A DNA stretch of 64,000 nucleotides from SAR86 cluster bacterium (GCA_023703615.1 CP097971.1:1134224-1198223); one strand, 5' to 3'. Positions 1-9,930 are shown, counted from the stretch's first letter. Made by a program: numbers and translations. The notes: a model not told the origin generated them from the sequence alone.

Positions 1-1255
1 AGAACAACCTGATTTAATCCTTACTGATGTTCAAATGCCTGGAATGCTTGGTTATGATCTACTAAAACATATCATCAATAATTTTGAAAACCTTCCTGTC
101 ATAGTTATGACTGCTTTTACTGATATGCAGGCAGCTGTAGATTCTTATGGTGGTGGCGCATTTGAATATATTCCTAAGCCTTTTGATCTTGATGAAGCAA
201 TACAAATTATTAAAAGAGCATTGGAAAAGAAACCAAAAACAAGGGGTCTAAAAGGACTAAAAACTGCTGAAATGATTGGAGAAGCGCAATCGATGCAAGT
301 TGTATTCAGAGCTATTGGTAAATTATCAAATACTAATGCTACTGTTCTTGTTCAGGGAGAATCAGGAACTGGTAAAGAACTTATTGCAAAATCATTACAT
401 AAAAATAGTCCAAGATTTGATATGCCTTTTATAGCACTTAATATGGCAGATATTCCAAAAGAATTAGTTGAATCAGAATTATTTGGTCATGAAAAAGGCG
501 CATTCACTGGGGCTGTAGATAAACGGATTGGAAGATTTGAGCAAGCTAATGGAGGAACATTATTTCTTGATGAAATTGGAGATATGCCGCTTGATTCACA
601 AACAAGACTTTTGAGAGTCCTGTCAAATAAAGAATTTTATAGAGTTGGTGGTGATAAACCCATAAAAGTTGATGTAAGAATTATTGCAGCAACTCATCAA
701 AATCTTGAAAATCTTGTTTTTGAAAAAAAATTTAGGGAGGATTTATTCTATAGATTAAATGTTATTAAAATTGATGTTCCTGCGCTAAAAAATAGAAAAG
801 AAGATATCGCATTACTATCAAAATATTTTCTTAAAAATCATGCTGATTCATTAGGTGAAGAATTAAGAGTTGTTTCAGAAGAAGCTGAGGAATTTTTATT
901 AAAATATGATTGGCCTGGAAATGTTAGACAGTTAGAAAATGTTTGTTATTGGTTGACTTTAATGAGTCCTACTCAAAATGTTAAAGTTCAAGATTTGCCA
1001 ACTGAAATTAAAAATTATGAAATAACTGAGCTGCCATCATCATCATGGGAGGATAGCTTATCTTATTGGTTAAAAAATATTTCAAAAGATTTTGATGGTG
1101 AATTATCTAACATTGCAAATAATAAAATAGAAAAAATTCTTATTAATGTTGCACTAGATAGAACAAATGGTAAAAAGAACGAAGCTGCAAAACTTCTTGG
1201 TTGGGGACGCAATACATTAGCAAAAAAAATGAAGGAAATGGGTATTGGGGGTTGA
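1..1255 (+). CDS. ntrC: Nitrogen regulation response regulator NtrC (sigma54 activator), 5' end truncated by window edge
   Basis: Frame is open from base 2 ([14 protein letters not shown] receiver domain). Walker [15 protein letters not shown] loop, Walker [10 protein letters not shown]-terminal Fis-type HTH ([13 protein letters not shown]). Confidence 0.93.
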   Translation, partial: EQPDLILTDVQMPGMLGYDLLKHIINNFENLPVIVMTAFTDMQAAVDSYGGGAFEYIPKPFDLDEAIQIIKRALEKKPKTRGLKGLKTAEMIGEAQSMQVVFRAIGKLSNTNATVLVQGESGTGKELIAKSLHKNSPRFDMPFIALNMADIPKELVESELFGHEKGAFTGAVDKRIGRFEQANGGTLFLDEIGDMPLDSQTRLLRVLSNKEFYRVGGDKPIKVDVRIIAATHQNLENLVFEKKFREDLFYRLNVIKIDVPALKNRKEDIALLSKYFLKNHADSLGEELRVVSEEAEEFLLKYDWPGNVRQLENVCYWLTLMSPTQNVKVQDLPTEIKNYEITELPSSSWEDSLSYWLKNISKDFDGELSNIANNKIEKILINVALDRTNGKKNEAAKLLGWGRNTLAKKMKEMGIGG

Positions 1256-1256
1256 A

Positions 1257-1670
1257 TTAATTTGTTACTAGCGGCAAATTTGATATCTTCCAACTGTTTA
1301 TTCCACCTCTAAGGATTAATATATTTTTATATTCAAGTTTCTTTAGTTTCTCACCTGCATTTGGTGAATTCATTCCCATATCACAAATTAAAACAAGAGC
1401 TTTCACTTCGTCATTTTTTATTTCATTTGATCTAGTCTCGATGTCAAGAAAAGGAATATTTTTTGATCCAACTATATGTCCTAATTCAAATTCATCTGAA
1501 TTTCTTAAATCAATTAAATTTGCCATATCTTTATTACATAATTCAACTAAATATTCTGGATCTATTTTTTTTCCACCTTTTCTTGAATTAGATATGAAGA
1601 ATAGAATTATTAAAATTATTAATGGGCCAGAGTAATAATAGTGATCAATCAAAAAATTAAATATTTCCAT
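1257..1670 (-). CDS. Rhodanese-like domain membrane protein (YibN type)
   Basis: N-terminal TM helix, LIDLR..EFELGHIVGSKNIP motif, active-site loop LICDMG. Confidence 0.85.
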   Translation of the reverse strand: MEIFNFLIDHYYYSGPLIILIILFFISNSRKGGKKIDPEYLVELCNKDMANLIDLRNSDEFELGHIVGSKNIPFLDIETRSNEIKNDEVKALVLICDMGMNSPNAGEKLKKLEYKNILILRGGINSWKISNLPLVTN

Positions 1671-1720
1671 TAGTATATTATCTATTAAAATAGAGAAAAT
1701 TAGTTTAAAAGATTAAAAAA

Positions 1721-2338
1721 ATGAAGCAACGAAATTTAATATTAATCAGGCATGGGCAAAGTGAGTGGAATGCTAAAAATTTATTTACTGGATGGGAGGA
1801 TCCTGGTCTTACCCCAAAAGGAGTTTCAGAAGCAAAAAAAGCTGGTATTGTTATTAAAAACTTGGGTATAAGTTTTGATCTCATATTCACTTCAGCATTA
1901 ATTAGAGCGCAATTAACAGGCTCAATAATTCTAGATGAAATTGGAATTGTAATTCCTACAATTCAAAATGAAGCCCTTAATGAAAGATATTATGGAGATC
2001 TTCAAGGATTAAATAAAGATGAATGTAGAAAAAAATGGGGGGAAGAAAAAGTTCAAATCTGGAGAAGAAGTTATAACTCTGGTCCGCCTGGAGGTGAATC
2101 ACTTAAAGATACTAGTGATAGAGTTTTACCTTATTATTTAGATGAAATTCATCCTCTAATTTTAAGTGGCAAAAATATCCTCATAGCTGCTCATGGAAAT
2201 TCTCTTAGATCGCTAGTAAAGCATTTAGATATAATTTCTGAAAAAGAAATTGTTGAACTAGAAATTCCAACTGGTGCGCCAATTCATTACCTATTTGATA
2301 AAAATGGTGAGGTTATAAAGAAAAAAAACTTAATTTAA
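1721..2338 (+). CDS. gpmA: 2,3-bisphosphoglycerate-dependent phosphoglycerate mutase (short dPGM)
   Basis: LIRHGQSEWN catalytic motif, LNERYYGDLQGLNK, AAHGNSLR. Confidence 0.95.
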   Translation: MKQRNLILIRHGQSEWNAKNLFTGWEDPGLTPKGVSEAKKAGIVIKNLGISFDLIFTSALIRAQLTGSIILDEIGIVIPTIQNEALNERYYGDLQGLNKDECRKKWGEEKVQIWRRSYNSGPPGGESLKDTSDRVLPYYLDEIHPLILSGKNILIAAHGNSLRSLVKHLDIISEKEIVELEIPTGAPIHYLFDKNGEVIKKKNLI

Positions 2339-2343
2339 AAATT

Positions 2344-3354
2344 TTGAATAAGTCCAATAACACATTTTCAGAAAAAATTATTAGCTGGTATGAAATCAAT
2401 GGCAGAAATGATTTGCCATGGAGAAAAAATATCTCTCCATATAGAGTTTGGATTTCAGAAATAATGCTTCAACAAACACAAGTTAAAACGGCTATACCTT
2501 ACTTTAAAAGATTCATTAAGCAATATCCTAATTTTAAGCAGATCTCCTTCGCTTCTGAGGAACAAATTTTAGCTCTTTGGACAGGATTGGGGTTTTATAA
2601 AAGAGCAAAAAATATTTTTAGAACCAAAGAAATCATAAAAAAAGATTATAGAAATAAATTCCCTTCAACATTTGATGAACTGATGGCTTTGCCAGGAATT
2701 GGGAGATCAACAGCAGGCGCAATTATGTCAATTGCTTACGGAGGCTCCTATCCAATTTTAGATGCTAATGTAAAAAGGGTAATTTCAAGATATAGAAACA
2801 TTAATTTGTATGATAAAAATGCTATAAAAGAGTTATGGTTGTTATCAGAATCTTTAACTCCAAAGAAAAATATCTTTGAATACACCCAGGGAATAATGGA
2901 TTTAGGTGCCCTGATTTGTAATATCAGATCACCAAATTGTAAAGAATGCCCTTTAACTAATTCATGCATAAGTGCATTTCAGAATTTTGAATTTAATTCA
3001 AAAAAAAAGAAGGATAAATCAAAAAGAAAAATTCACTTTACACTTGCACATTCTAATAATACCTTTTTATTATTCAAAAAAGATGAAAAGACTTTTTGGG
3101 AAAGTCTTTGGGTACCATTTGAAAATGAAAATCTCAAAAAGACTAAAATTTTTAAAAAACCAACTAATTCAGTAACAAAAAACATTAGTCATGCTTTGTC
3201 CCATATTGATCTTGATATCACAATTGAAATTTTTAACTATAGTGCGCCATTTAAAGTTAAGACAAATCAAGAACATCGATGGGTTAGTAAAAATAAAATA
3301 CATAATTTTGGTATGCCAAAACCTATAAAGACTATAATAGAGGAATATGTCTAA
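2344..3354 (+). CDS. mutY: A/G-specific adenine glycosylase MutY
   Basis: VWISEIMLQQTQV, HhH LPGIGRSTAGAI, DANVKRV, [4Fe-4S] motif CNIRSPNCKECPLTNSC; precedes yggX. Confidence 0.95.
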   Translation: MNKSNNTFSEKIISWYEINGRNDLPWRKNISPYRVWISEIMLQQTQVKTAIPYFKRFIKQYPNFKQISFASEEQILALWTGLGFYKRAKNIFRTKEIIKKDYRNKFPSTFDELMALPGIGRSTAGAIMSIAYGGSYPILDANVKRVISRYRNINLYDKNAIKELWLLSESLTPKKNIFEYTQGIMDLGALICNIRSPNCKECPLTNSCISAFQNFEFNSKKKKDKSKRKIHFTLAHSNNTFLLFKKDEKTFWESLWVPFENENLKKTKIFKKPTNSVTKNISHALSHIDLDITIEIFNYSAPFKVKTNQEHRWVSKNKIHNFGMPKPIKTIIEEYV

Positions 3355-3616
3355 AAAAATTTTATGCAAAAAACTAAATAAAGAGCTACCTGCTTTATTA
3401 GTGCCGCCAATGCCCGGTCCAAAAGGCCAAGAAATTATGAATTCTATTTCAGAAGAAGCATGGGAAATGTGGAAATCTCATCAAACCACATTAATAAATG
3501 AAAAACATTTAGATATGTCTGATCCTAAAAATAGGAGATGGTTGATAGAACAAATGGATAAATTTTTTAATAATGAAGAGTACGAAAAGGCTTCGGGTTT
3601 TAAAGCTATAGATTAA
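3347..3616 (+). CDS. yggX: Oxidative damage protection / Fe(II) trafficking protein YggX
   Basis: CKKL..E.P.L..PP.PGPKG...AWEMWKSHQTTLINEKHL; conserved mutY-yggX pair. Confidence 0.93.
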   Translation: MSKKILCKKLNKELPALLVPPMPGPKGQEIMNSISEEAWEMWKSHQTTLINEKHLDMSDPKNRRWLIEQMDKFFNNEEYEKASGFKAID

Positions 3617-3737
3617 TTAATATTATTACTTAGGTTGTATTTTTTGTACCATTTATAGTTTTGATGATTGGTAAATTTTTTGATTTACAAAATAAAAAAA
3701 ATAACGTTTAATCAATAAGGTATTTCATTTACAAGGG

Positions 3738-6350
3738 GTGCAAAGTTTGTCAGATAAAACTAATTCTAAATTTCCTGCTGAAGCAGATGTTGTAATCGTA
3801 GGAGTTGGAGGAATTGTTGGATCAATGTTGGCATACTGGCTAACAGAACTTGGTCAAAAAAATATTGTCGGGTTAGAAAAGTCCTCCGTAATTCCATCGG
3901 ATATTGCATCTACCGCTCATGCTTCTGATTTTGTTTACAATACAACCCATGACAAATTAGGTTGCTGGACGACAGCATTTAGTAGAAAGTTTTATGAGGA
4001 TAATGGCTTCTTTTTAAAAAAAGGAGGCCTAGAAATCTGTCGAAAAGATGATGAGGCTCGTTGGGAAGAACTCAAACGAAAAGTATCTTCTGGTAAGGCC
4101 TTTGGAAGCAATGTTAAATTAATTTCAGCAGCGGAAGCTAAAGAAAAATTTCCTTTATTAGAAGAAGACTCAATGCAAGGTGCGATGTGGGATCCAGATG
4201 CAGGCTTAGTTATTCCTCGATCTCAAGATGTTGTTAGTTTTGCGGTAGAAAGTGCTAAAGAAAAAGGTGCACTTAAAACATTCACTGATACTCCTGCACT
4301 TGACTTTGAAATTGAAAATGGACATATCGTGGGAGTAAAAACCGATAAAGGAATAATTAAAACTAAAAAAGTTGTTATCGCATCCGGCATATGGGGCCCG
4401 TTAATGGGAAAAAAAGCGGGGGTTTCAGTTCCATTAATGCCGCTAGAACATCCTTTGTTATTTTTTGGTCCGCTACCAGAAGCGCAGGATGCGGAAGACT
4501 TTTTGATATACCCTCTTCTTCGTGATCAGGGTAACTCTGCTTACGTAAGAGATACAGGAAGGCTTCATGGAGGAATGCTTGAATGGGGTTTTTATGAAGA
4601 CAAAAACCCTAGGCTTGTTGATCCTGAAGATATTGGAAATCCAGAAAAAACAATGGGATCTGATTCAATGAGATATCTAGATCTCGAAGAAGTTGCTGAA
4701 CCTTTAGAAAAAGCTTTTGAAACTACCCCTATACTTAATGAACTGGGCTGGGATGAAAAAAGTTCATTCAATGGGCTTTTGTCGGTAACCCCCGACGCTG
4801 GTTCTTTAATAGGTGAAAGTCCTGAAGTAAGAGGATTTTGGATGTGTGAAGCTGTTTGGGTTAAAGATGGGCCTGGATGTGCCAGGTTATGTGCAGAAGC
4901 AATGGTAAACGGTAAAACTCAGGTTGACATGCATTCATTTGATATATCTAGGTTTTATCCAGAGCAAAAAGAAAAAGAATTTGTAAAATCAAGAGCCTAT
5001 GAAAATTCTCAAACAATTTATACACCTGCTGTTCATCCAAGAGAACCATATATTAGTCAAAGAGAAAAATTTGTAAGCCCTTTTTATGAAAGAGAAAAAG
5101 AACTTGGAGGATATTTTGATAATGAAGTAGCTTGCTGGGAAAGAGCTTTTGCATATGAAAGTAACAAAGAAAAACTTATCAAATATGTGAATCAGATACC
5201 AGTTCGAGAAAATGAGTGGGACAGACGACATGTACCATATGAAATTGCTAATGCTGAGCACCTGGCAATGAGTGATTCAGTTGGAATGATCAATTTATCA
5301 CACTTTCCTATCATGGATATTAAAGGTCCTGATGCAGAGAGAATGTTAGAGTATCTTTCTGTTGCTAAAGTTGGAAGTAATACTCCTGTTGGTAAAGTTA
5401 TTTACACTAATTTTCTTGATGAGGATGGTGGTGTTCATGCAGATTTGACTATCTCTAGATTAGGCTTAGATAGTTATCGTGTAGTAACTGGGGGAGCTGA
5501 TGGAAACCGCGATTGGGTTGCACTGCGAAATTATCGTGATGATCACGAATTGGATGCTGAAATAAATATCAGAACTCATGATATAGCAACTTTAGGTTTA
5601 TGGGGCCCAGAAGCAGAAAAAGCTTTGAATAATTTTATTGATCCAAATGAAGTAAATATTAAAAATTTTCCTTTCGCTTCATCAAAAAATCTTACACTTA
5701 ATTTGTCAGGTGGAAAAAAAATTGATGTTTGGGCGGGAAGAATTTCATATGTTGGTGAAAGTGGATGGGAAATCTATCTTAATAATGATAGTGAAGACGG
5801 CTTAGCCTTATATGACTCTCTACTTGAAGTTGGTGCTGTTCCTGTTGGAATAGAAACTTATGCTAATAGTAGAAGGCTTGAAAAAAGCTTTAGACTTCAA
5901 GGAGCTGACTTAGAAACAGAATACAACGCAATTGAATCAGCCATTCAAAGACCATTGGTCAAGGAAGCAGATTTTCATGGCAAAGCAGCACATCTTTCCC
6001 AAAGAAAAGAGGATCCGTGCGCTATTCTATGCACTATGACATTAGATAATCTAAATGTTTCAGGCAATACAAGATATCCAGTAGGTATTTCACCAATTAT
6101 CGATCCTGCAACAGGCGAAGTACCTATAGATAGTAAAGGTCGAAGATCGTATACCACTGGGATGTCATACTGCCCTTCTATTAAAAAATTCGTAGTAATG
6201 GGATATCTTCCAAAAGAGATTGCTGTTCAAGGGAAATCACTTTTAATTGAGTATTTTAATGAAGATGGTGATGGTTTATATCCAATGACTGTTCAAATTG
6301 TTGGCAAAGGATCTCTTTATGATCCTTCAAATGAAAGAGTTCGCGCATAA
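3738..6350 (+). CDS. GcvT-family FAD oxidoreductase, dimethylglycine oxidase/dehydrogenase-like (FAD domain + THF-binding domain)
   Basis: VVIVGVGGIVG FAD motif, ASTAHA (covalent-FAD His position), FNGLLSVTPD, EAVWV, SPFYEREKELG, RISYVGESGWEIY, RRLEKSFR, LYDPSNERVR. GTG start after AAGGG. Confidence 0.88.
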   Translation: MQSLSDKTNSKFPAEADVVIVGVGGIVGSMLAYWLTELGQKNIVGLEKSSVIPSDIASTAHASDFVYNTTHDKLGCWTTAFSRKFYEDNGFFLKKGGLEICRKDDEARWEELKRKVSSGKAFGSNVKLISAAEAKEKFPLLEEDSMQGAMWDPDAGLVIPRSQDVVSFAVESAKEKGALKTFTDTPALDFEIENGHIVGVKTDKGIIKTKKVVIASGIWGPLMGKKAGVSVPLMPLEHPLLFFGPLPEAQDAEDFLIYPLLRDQGNSAYVRDTGRLHGGMLEWGFYEDKNPRLVDPEDIGNPEKTMGSDSMRYLDLEEVAEPLEKAFETTPILNELGWDEKSSFNGLLSVTPDAGSLIGESPEVRGFWMCEAVWVKDGPGCARLCAEAMVNGKTQVDMHSFDISRFYPEQKEKEFVKSRAYENSQTIYTPAVHPREPYISQREKFVSPFYEREKELGGYFDNEVACWERAFAYESNKEKLIKYVNQIPVRENEWDRRHVPYEIANAEHLAMSDSVGMINLSHFPIMDIKGPDAERMLEYLSVAKVGSNTPVGKVIYTNFLDEDGGVHADLTISRLGLDSYRVVTGGADGNRDWVALRNYRDDHELDAEINIRTHDIATLGLWGPEAEKALNNFIDPNEVNIKNFPFASSKNLTLNLSGGKKIDVWAGRISYVGESGWEIYLNNDSEDGLALYDSLLEVGAVPVGIETYANSRRLEKSFRLQGADLETEYNAIESAIQRPLVKEADFHGKAAHLSQRKEDPCAILCTMTLDNLNVSGNTRYPVGISPIIDPATGEVPIDSKGRRSYTTGMSYCPSIKKFVVMGYLPKEIAVQGKSLLIEYFNEDGDGLYPMTVQIVGKGSLYDPSNERVRA

Positions 6351-6362
6351 CTATTTCACTTG

Positions 6363-6391
6363 ATGACAACACCTTTAAACTTGCCTATAAT
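6363..6391 (+). promoter_or_regulatory. Sigma70-type promoter of tRNA-Phe
   Basis: ATGACA (6363-6368), 17-bp spacer, TATAAT (6386-6391), ending 16 nt before the tRNA. Confidence 0.7.
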
Positions 6392-6407
6392 CCAAAGTTC
6401 AATTTAA

Positions 6408-6483
6408 GCCCAGATAGCTCAGTTGGTAGAGCAAAGGACTGAAAATCCTTGTGTCGGTGGTTCGATCCCACCTCTGGGCACCA
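6408..6483 (+). tRNA. tRNA-Phe (GAA)
   Basis: Full cloverleaf: acceptor stem GCCCAGA/TCTGGGC, D arm GCTC..GAGC, anticodon stem AAGGA-CTGAAAA-TCCTT, T arm GGTGG-TTCGATC-CCACC, encoded CCA. Confidence 0.98.
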
Positions 6484-6545
6484 TTTTATAAGTTTATAAA
6501 AAATATACCCTCTTTAAATGTTTCAAATAATGGCATAATTACTAT

Positions 6546-7817
6546 ATGAGTTTTTTTCAAAATATTTTATCTTCACTAGTTAAGAGTACTCGTCGGCTTA
6601 ATCGTTTTGGCTCAAAGGGTCTTGGAAAGCTTCATAATAATATAGATAAGGCAGTAGATTCGGTTATGTCAACAACTGGAGAAGTATCAACTCTTGTTTA
6701 TGCAGAACATTTATTAAATCTTATTGAAAAAGAAAATGATGAAGGGCTTTCAAAATTTCTTAAAAATTTATTAGCTAATCATGATATTGATACCAAAGCA
6801 TTAATGAAAGATGTAAAAAATTATTCAAATGAAAAAAGTGAACAAAACTTGAAAAAAATAAATATCTCAGCTGAACCAAAATGGATTGAATTATTTAGAA
6901 GGCTGAATTCGACCTCAAATGGAACATCAAGATTAGTAAAATTAAGAGAAAGAATTCGAACCTTAAATGATCCTGAATTGAAAACTTTTGATTCTGGATT
7001 ATTAAAACTTTTTAAATATTGGTTTAATCCATCATTTTTAGTTCTAGAAAAAATTGATTGGGAAACTCCTGCAAATATCCTTGAAAAAATTATTGAATAC
7101 GAAGCTGTACATGAAATAAATTCATGGGATGATTTGCGAGCTAGATTAGCACCAACCGATAGACAGTGCTTTGCATTTTTTCATCCATTAATACCTAACG
7201 ATCCTCTAATATTTGTTGAAGTTGCCTTATGTAAAGATATTCCTAAGTCTATTCAAGAAATCATTAAGATTGATAGAAATGAAATTGATATTGAGGATGT
7301 AAATACTGCTATTTTTTATTCTATTTCAAATTGTCAAAATGGTTTATTAGGAATTTCTTTTGGTAATTTTCTTATAAAAAAAGTTGCAAAAACTCTCAAA
7401 CGAGAATTACCTAACCTTAACCAATTTTTAACACTATCTCCCATCCCTGGTTTGATGAAATGGATGGAAGAATATGCGCCGATTACATTTGAAAGATGTT
7501 CTGAAAAGAGCTGTAGCGATGAAGAACTACTGAAAAAAACAATACTATACTTAACAGAATCTGACAGGTCTGACAATATGCCTAACGATCCTGTGGGAAG
7601 ATTTCATATTGGTAACGGTGCAAGTTTAGAAAGAATAAACCTTAATGCTGACCTTTCAGAAAAAGGATTGACTCAATCATATGGGGTTATGGCTAACTAT
7701 TTATATGATCTTGATGTTGTTGAAGAGAATCATGAATTATTTTTTAAAAATAAAATTGTCCCTGTTTCAAATGAAATTAAATCCATTAAAAAAAATATTC
7801 ATAAGAAACTTAAATAA
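6546..7817 (+). CDS. Malonyl-CoA decarboxylase
   Basis: WFNPSFLVLEKIDWETPANILEKIIEYEAVH, DRQCFAFFHP, PLIFVEVAL, FYSISNCQ.GL.GISFGNFLIK, TLSPIPG, DPVGRFHIGNGA. Confidence 0.93.
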   Translation: MSFFQNILSSLVKSTRRLNRFGSKGLGKLHNNIDKAVDSVMSTTGEVSTLVYAEHLLNLIEKENDEGLSKFLKNLLANHDIDTKALMKDVKNYSNEKSEQNLKKINISAEPKWIELFRRLNSTSNGTSRLVKLRERIRTLNDPELKTFDSGLLKLFKYWFNPSFLVLEKIDWETPANILEKIIEYEAVHEINSWDDLRARLAPTDRQCFAFFHPLIPNDPLIFVEVALCKDIPKSIQEIIKIDRNEIDIEDVNTAIFYSISNCQNGLLGISFGNFLIKKVAKTLKRELPNLNQFLTLSPIPGLMKWMEEYAPITFERCSEKSCSDEELLKKTILYLTESDRSDNMPNDPVGRFHIGNGASLERINLNADLSEKGLTQSYGVMANYLYDLDVVEENHELFFKNKIVPVSNEIKSIKKNIHKKLK

Positions 7818-7828
7818 ATAAATTAACT

Positions 7829-8317
7829 ATGGAAAACATTTCACTAATTGGCATGGCTGGATGTGGTAAATCAACCCTAGGTAAAGCATTATCCAAAGAA
7901 CTAAATGTTGAGTTTTTAGATACTGATAGCCTCATCGAAGAAAAGCATCAATTAACACTCGAACAAATAAAAACAAAATACGGTTATCAATTTTTAAGAA
8001 GTGAAGAAGAAAAAGTAATAATGAATATTACTTCGACTATTAAAATTATTTCTACTGGTGGAAGTGCAGTATATTCTGATAAATCTATGCTTCATCTTTC
8101 AAAATTTTCTAAAATTATATATCTTGATACCCCTTTTGATATTATTAAAAATAGAATAGAAAATGGTGAAGATAGAGGTCTTGCAGTTGTGCCTGGTACT
8201 TCAATTGAAGACGCTTATAAAGAAAGAATTGTATTATATGAAAAATGGGGTGAGCTTAAACTGGATGGATCATTAAGCATCGATGAGTTAGTTAGTCACA
8301 CCTTAAGTATAATTTAA
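7829..8317 (+). CDS. aroK: Shikimate kinase
   Basis: LIGMAGCGKSTLGK Walker A, DTD, ISTGGSAV, R..LYEKW. Confidence 0.85.
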   Translation: MENISLIGMAGCGKSTLGKALSKELNVEFLDTDSLIEEKHQLTLEQIKTKYGYQFLRSEEEKVIMNITSTIKIISTGGSAVYSDKSMLHLSKFSKIIYLDTPFDIIKNRIENGEDRGLAVVPGTSIEDAYKERIVLYEKWGELKLDGSLSIDELVSHTLSII

Positions 8318-8318
8318 A

Positions 8319-8984
8319 ATGCAAAAAAATATATCTTTGGTTATAGGTTCTTCAGGTTTAGTGGGTTCATACATATTAAAAAATCTTGAGGAGACTGATG
8401 AGAAAGTAATAATACTTTCTAGAAAACCCAATCTAAAAAAGGATTATAGTACTGAAGAAATAATTACTGATTTCACTAATTTAAATATTTTACCAAGTGC
8501 AGATACTTTATATGTAGCTATTGGATACAAATTATCTATATTTGATCTTATGTTTATTCCTCATAAAAAGAGGCAGGAATTTATGAAAGTTGATTTTTCA
8601 ACTGTTTTAAAAGTGGCGAGATTAGCTTTTGCGAATGGTACTAAGCAAATTTTAGTTGTCTCTGCAGTTGGTGCAAACCCTAATTCAATGAACTTATATT
8701 TAAAGACAAAGGGCGAGCTTGAGGAAGAAATAAAAAAAATTGGATATGAAAGCATCACATTTGCACGGCCTAGTCATTTATTGGGCAAAAGATTGAATCA
8801 ACCGCACGCAAAATTAATTGAGTTTATAGAGTTTTTTTCAAAACTTGTTCAACCATTAATGATATCTGGCTTAAAAAAATTTCGAAACATAGAAGCAAAA
8901 AAGGTTGCTGCAACAATGGTTAAAAGTTCAAAAAACTTAAACAGTATTCAAATTTTAGAATATAAAGATTTTGTTAAAAATTAA
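8319..8984 (+). CDS. NAD(P)-binding oxidoreductase (YraR/HTATIP2-like atypical SDR)
   Basis: IGSSGLVGS, VDF, VSAVGANPNS..LYLKTKGELE, RPSHLLG. Confidence 0.85.
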   Translation: MQKNISLVIGSSGLVGSYILKNLEETDEKVIILSRKPNLKKDYSTEEIITDFTNLNILPSADTLYVAIGYKLSIFDLMFIPHKKRQEFMKVDFSTVLKVARLAFANGTKQILVVSAVGANPNSMNLYLKTKGELEEEIKKIGYESITFARPSHLLGKRLNQPHAKLIEFIEFFSKLVQPLMISGLKKFRNIEAKKVAATMVKSSKNLNSIQILEYKDFVKN

Positions 8985-9232
8985 ATTTTTCTTCTTTTCG
9001 ATTTATGTATTTTTTTTAAAGCAATAAAAGAATTAATCAGCCAAAATCCAGAAGCAAATAAAAAATAATACAAACCAGAATAAAATTGAACAATCATTGC
9101 CAATAAGCTTCCAGTAATAATAGCCAAAAGTCCAATAGCTCTTTTTTTTACTTTTTTAGAGACAAGAAGCGGTGCAGCTAAAACTGTTCCAAAAATAACA
9201 CTACTAATTTGAATAAATTCTATGATATTCAT
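8981..9232 (-). CDS. Small hypothetical membrane protein (about 3 TM)
   Basis: 83-aa ORF with hydrophobic helices and a basic C-terminal tail; fills the gap between genes. Confidence 0.6.
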   Translation of the reverse strand: MNIIEFIQISSVIFGTVLAAPLLVSKKVKKRAIGLLAIITGSLLAMIVQFYSGLYYFLFASGFWLINSFIALKKIHKSKRRKI

Positions 9233-9331
9233 ATTAATAAATGTAAAGAATTAACATTTATAAATATAAATATCGGAGCATTATCCTCCTTTAAATATAG
9301 ATGTAAATAGTTTTTTTGAAAAAAATATCTA

Positions 9332-9556
9332 CTAAAATCTACCTCTTTTAAATCGCATTCGTATTGAAAATACCCTCACAAGCGCAACTACTGTAATAAT
9401 AGTTTGGGTAAACAACGAAATTGTTAAAGGGTTTGACCATTTCCAACTGTCAATGGTTAACCATAACAGAAAGGTCTGTAATGGAAAGTTAATAATTGCA
9501 CCCATAAGAACAACAATTAATGCCTCTCTGAAAGCAGTCTTCTCAGTTTTATTCAT
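9332..9556 (-). CDS. Small hypothetical membrane protein (2 TM)
   Basis: 74 aa; AGGA upstream; pattern AF.EA....G..IN ... TIITVVALVRVF.IR..F. Confidence 0.7.
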   Translation of the reverse strand: MNKTEKTAFREALIVVLMGAIINFPLQTFLLWLTIDSWKWSNPLTISLFTQTIITVVALVRVFSIRMRFKRGRF

Positions 9557-9570
9557 AGTGATTCCTTTTT

Positions 9571-9894
9571 TTAAATTTTTACCGCAGTACCAAAAGCTAA
9601 TATTTCAGAAGCTCCATCAGTAATTGTTGAGGTTTGATATCTAAAAGCAACCACAGCATTGCCGCCTTTTGATTTTGCATCTTCTATCATCCTCATTAAA
9701 GCCTGTTCTCTTGTTTTTGATAAAAGTGATGTATACCCTACCAACTCACCACCAACAATATTCTTCAGTCTAGCTAAAAAATCTACGCCAATATTTCTTC
9801 CTCTTACTGCACTACCTTGAACAATCCCAATGTGCTCTTTAATTTCTACATTTGAAATACTGTCTGATGATACAATTAAAAAATTTTCTTCCAT
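9571..9894 (-). CDS. ybjQ: YbjQ/UPF0145 family protein
   Basis: GIVQGSAVRGRNIG.D..A.LKNIVGGEL.GYT.LL...REQAL.RM...A...G.NAVV..R. Start moved to ATG 9894 (MEENFL). Confidence 0.9.
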   Translation of the reverse strand: MEENFLIVSSDSISNVEIKEHIGIVQGSAVRGRNIGVDFLARLKNIVGGELVGYTSLLSKTREQALMRMIEDAKSKGGNAVVAFRYQTSTITDGASEILAFGTAVKI

Positions 9895-9930
9895 GACTTT
9901 TTTCCTTAAATAGTTTAACTTACAAATATA

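Noticed and set aside
3671-3688. GTAAAT-N6-ATTTAC inverted repeat upstream of the GcvT-family gene
   Set aside because: Short AT-rich arms, a single copy and no cognate regulator; likely chance.
6484-6501. TTTTATAA-GT-TTATAAAA hairpin after the tRNA as a terminator
   Set aside because: All-AT stem, 2-nt loop and no U-tract.
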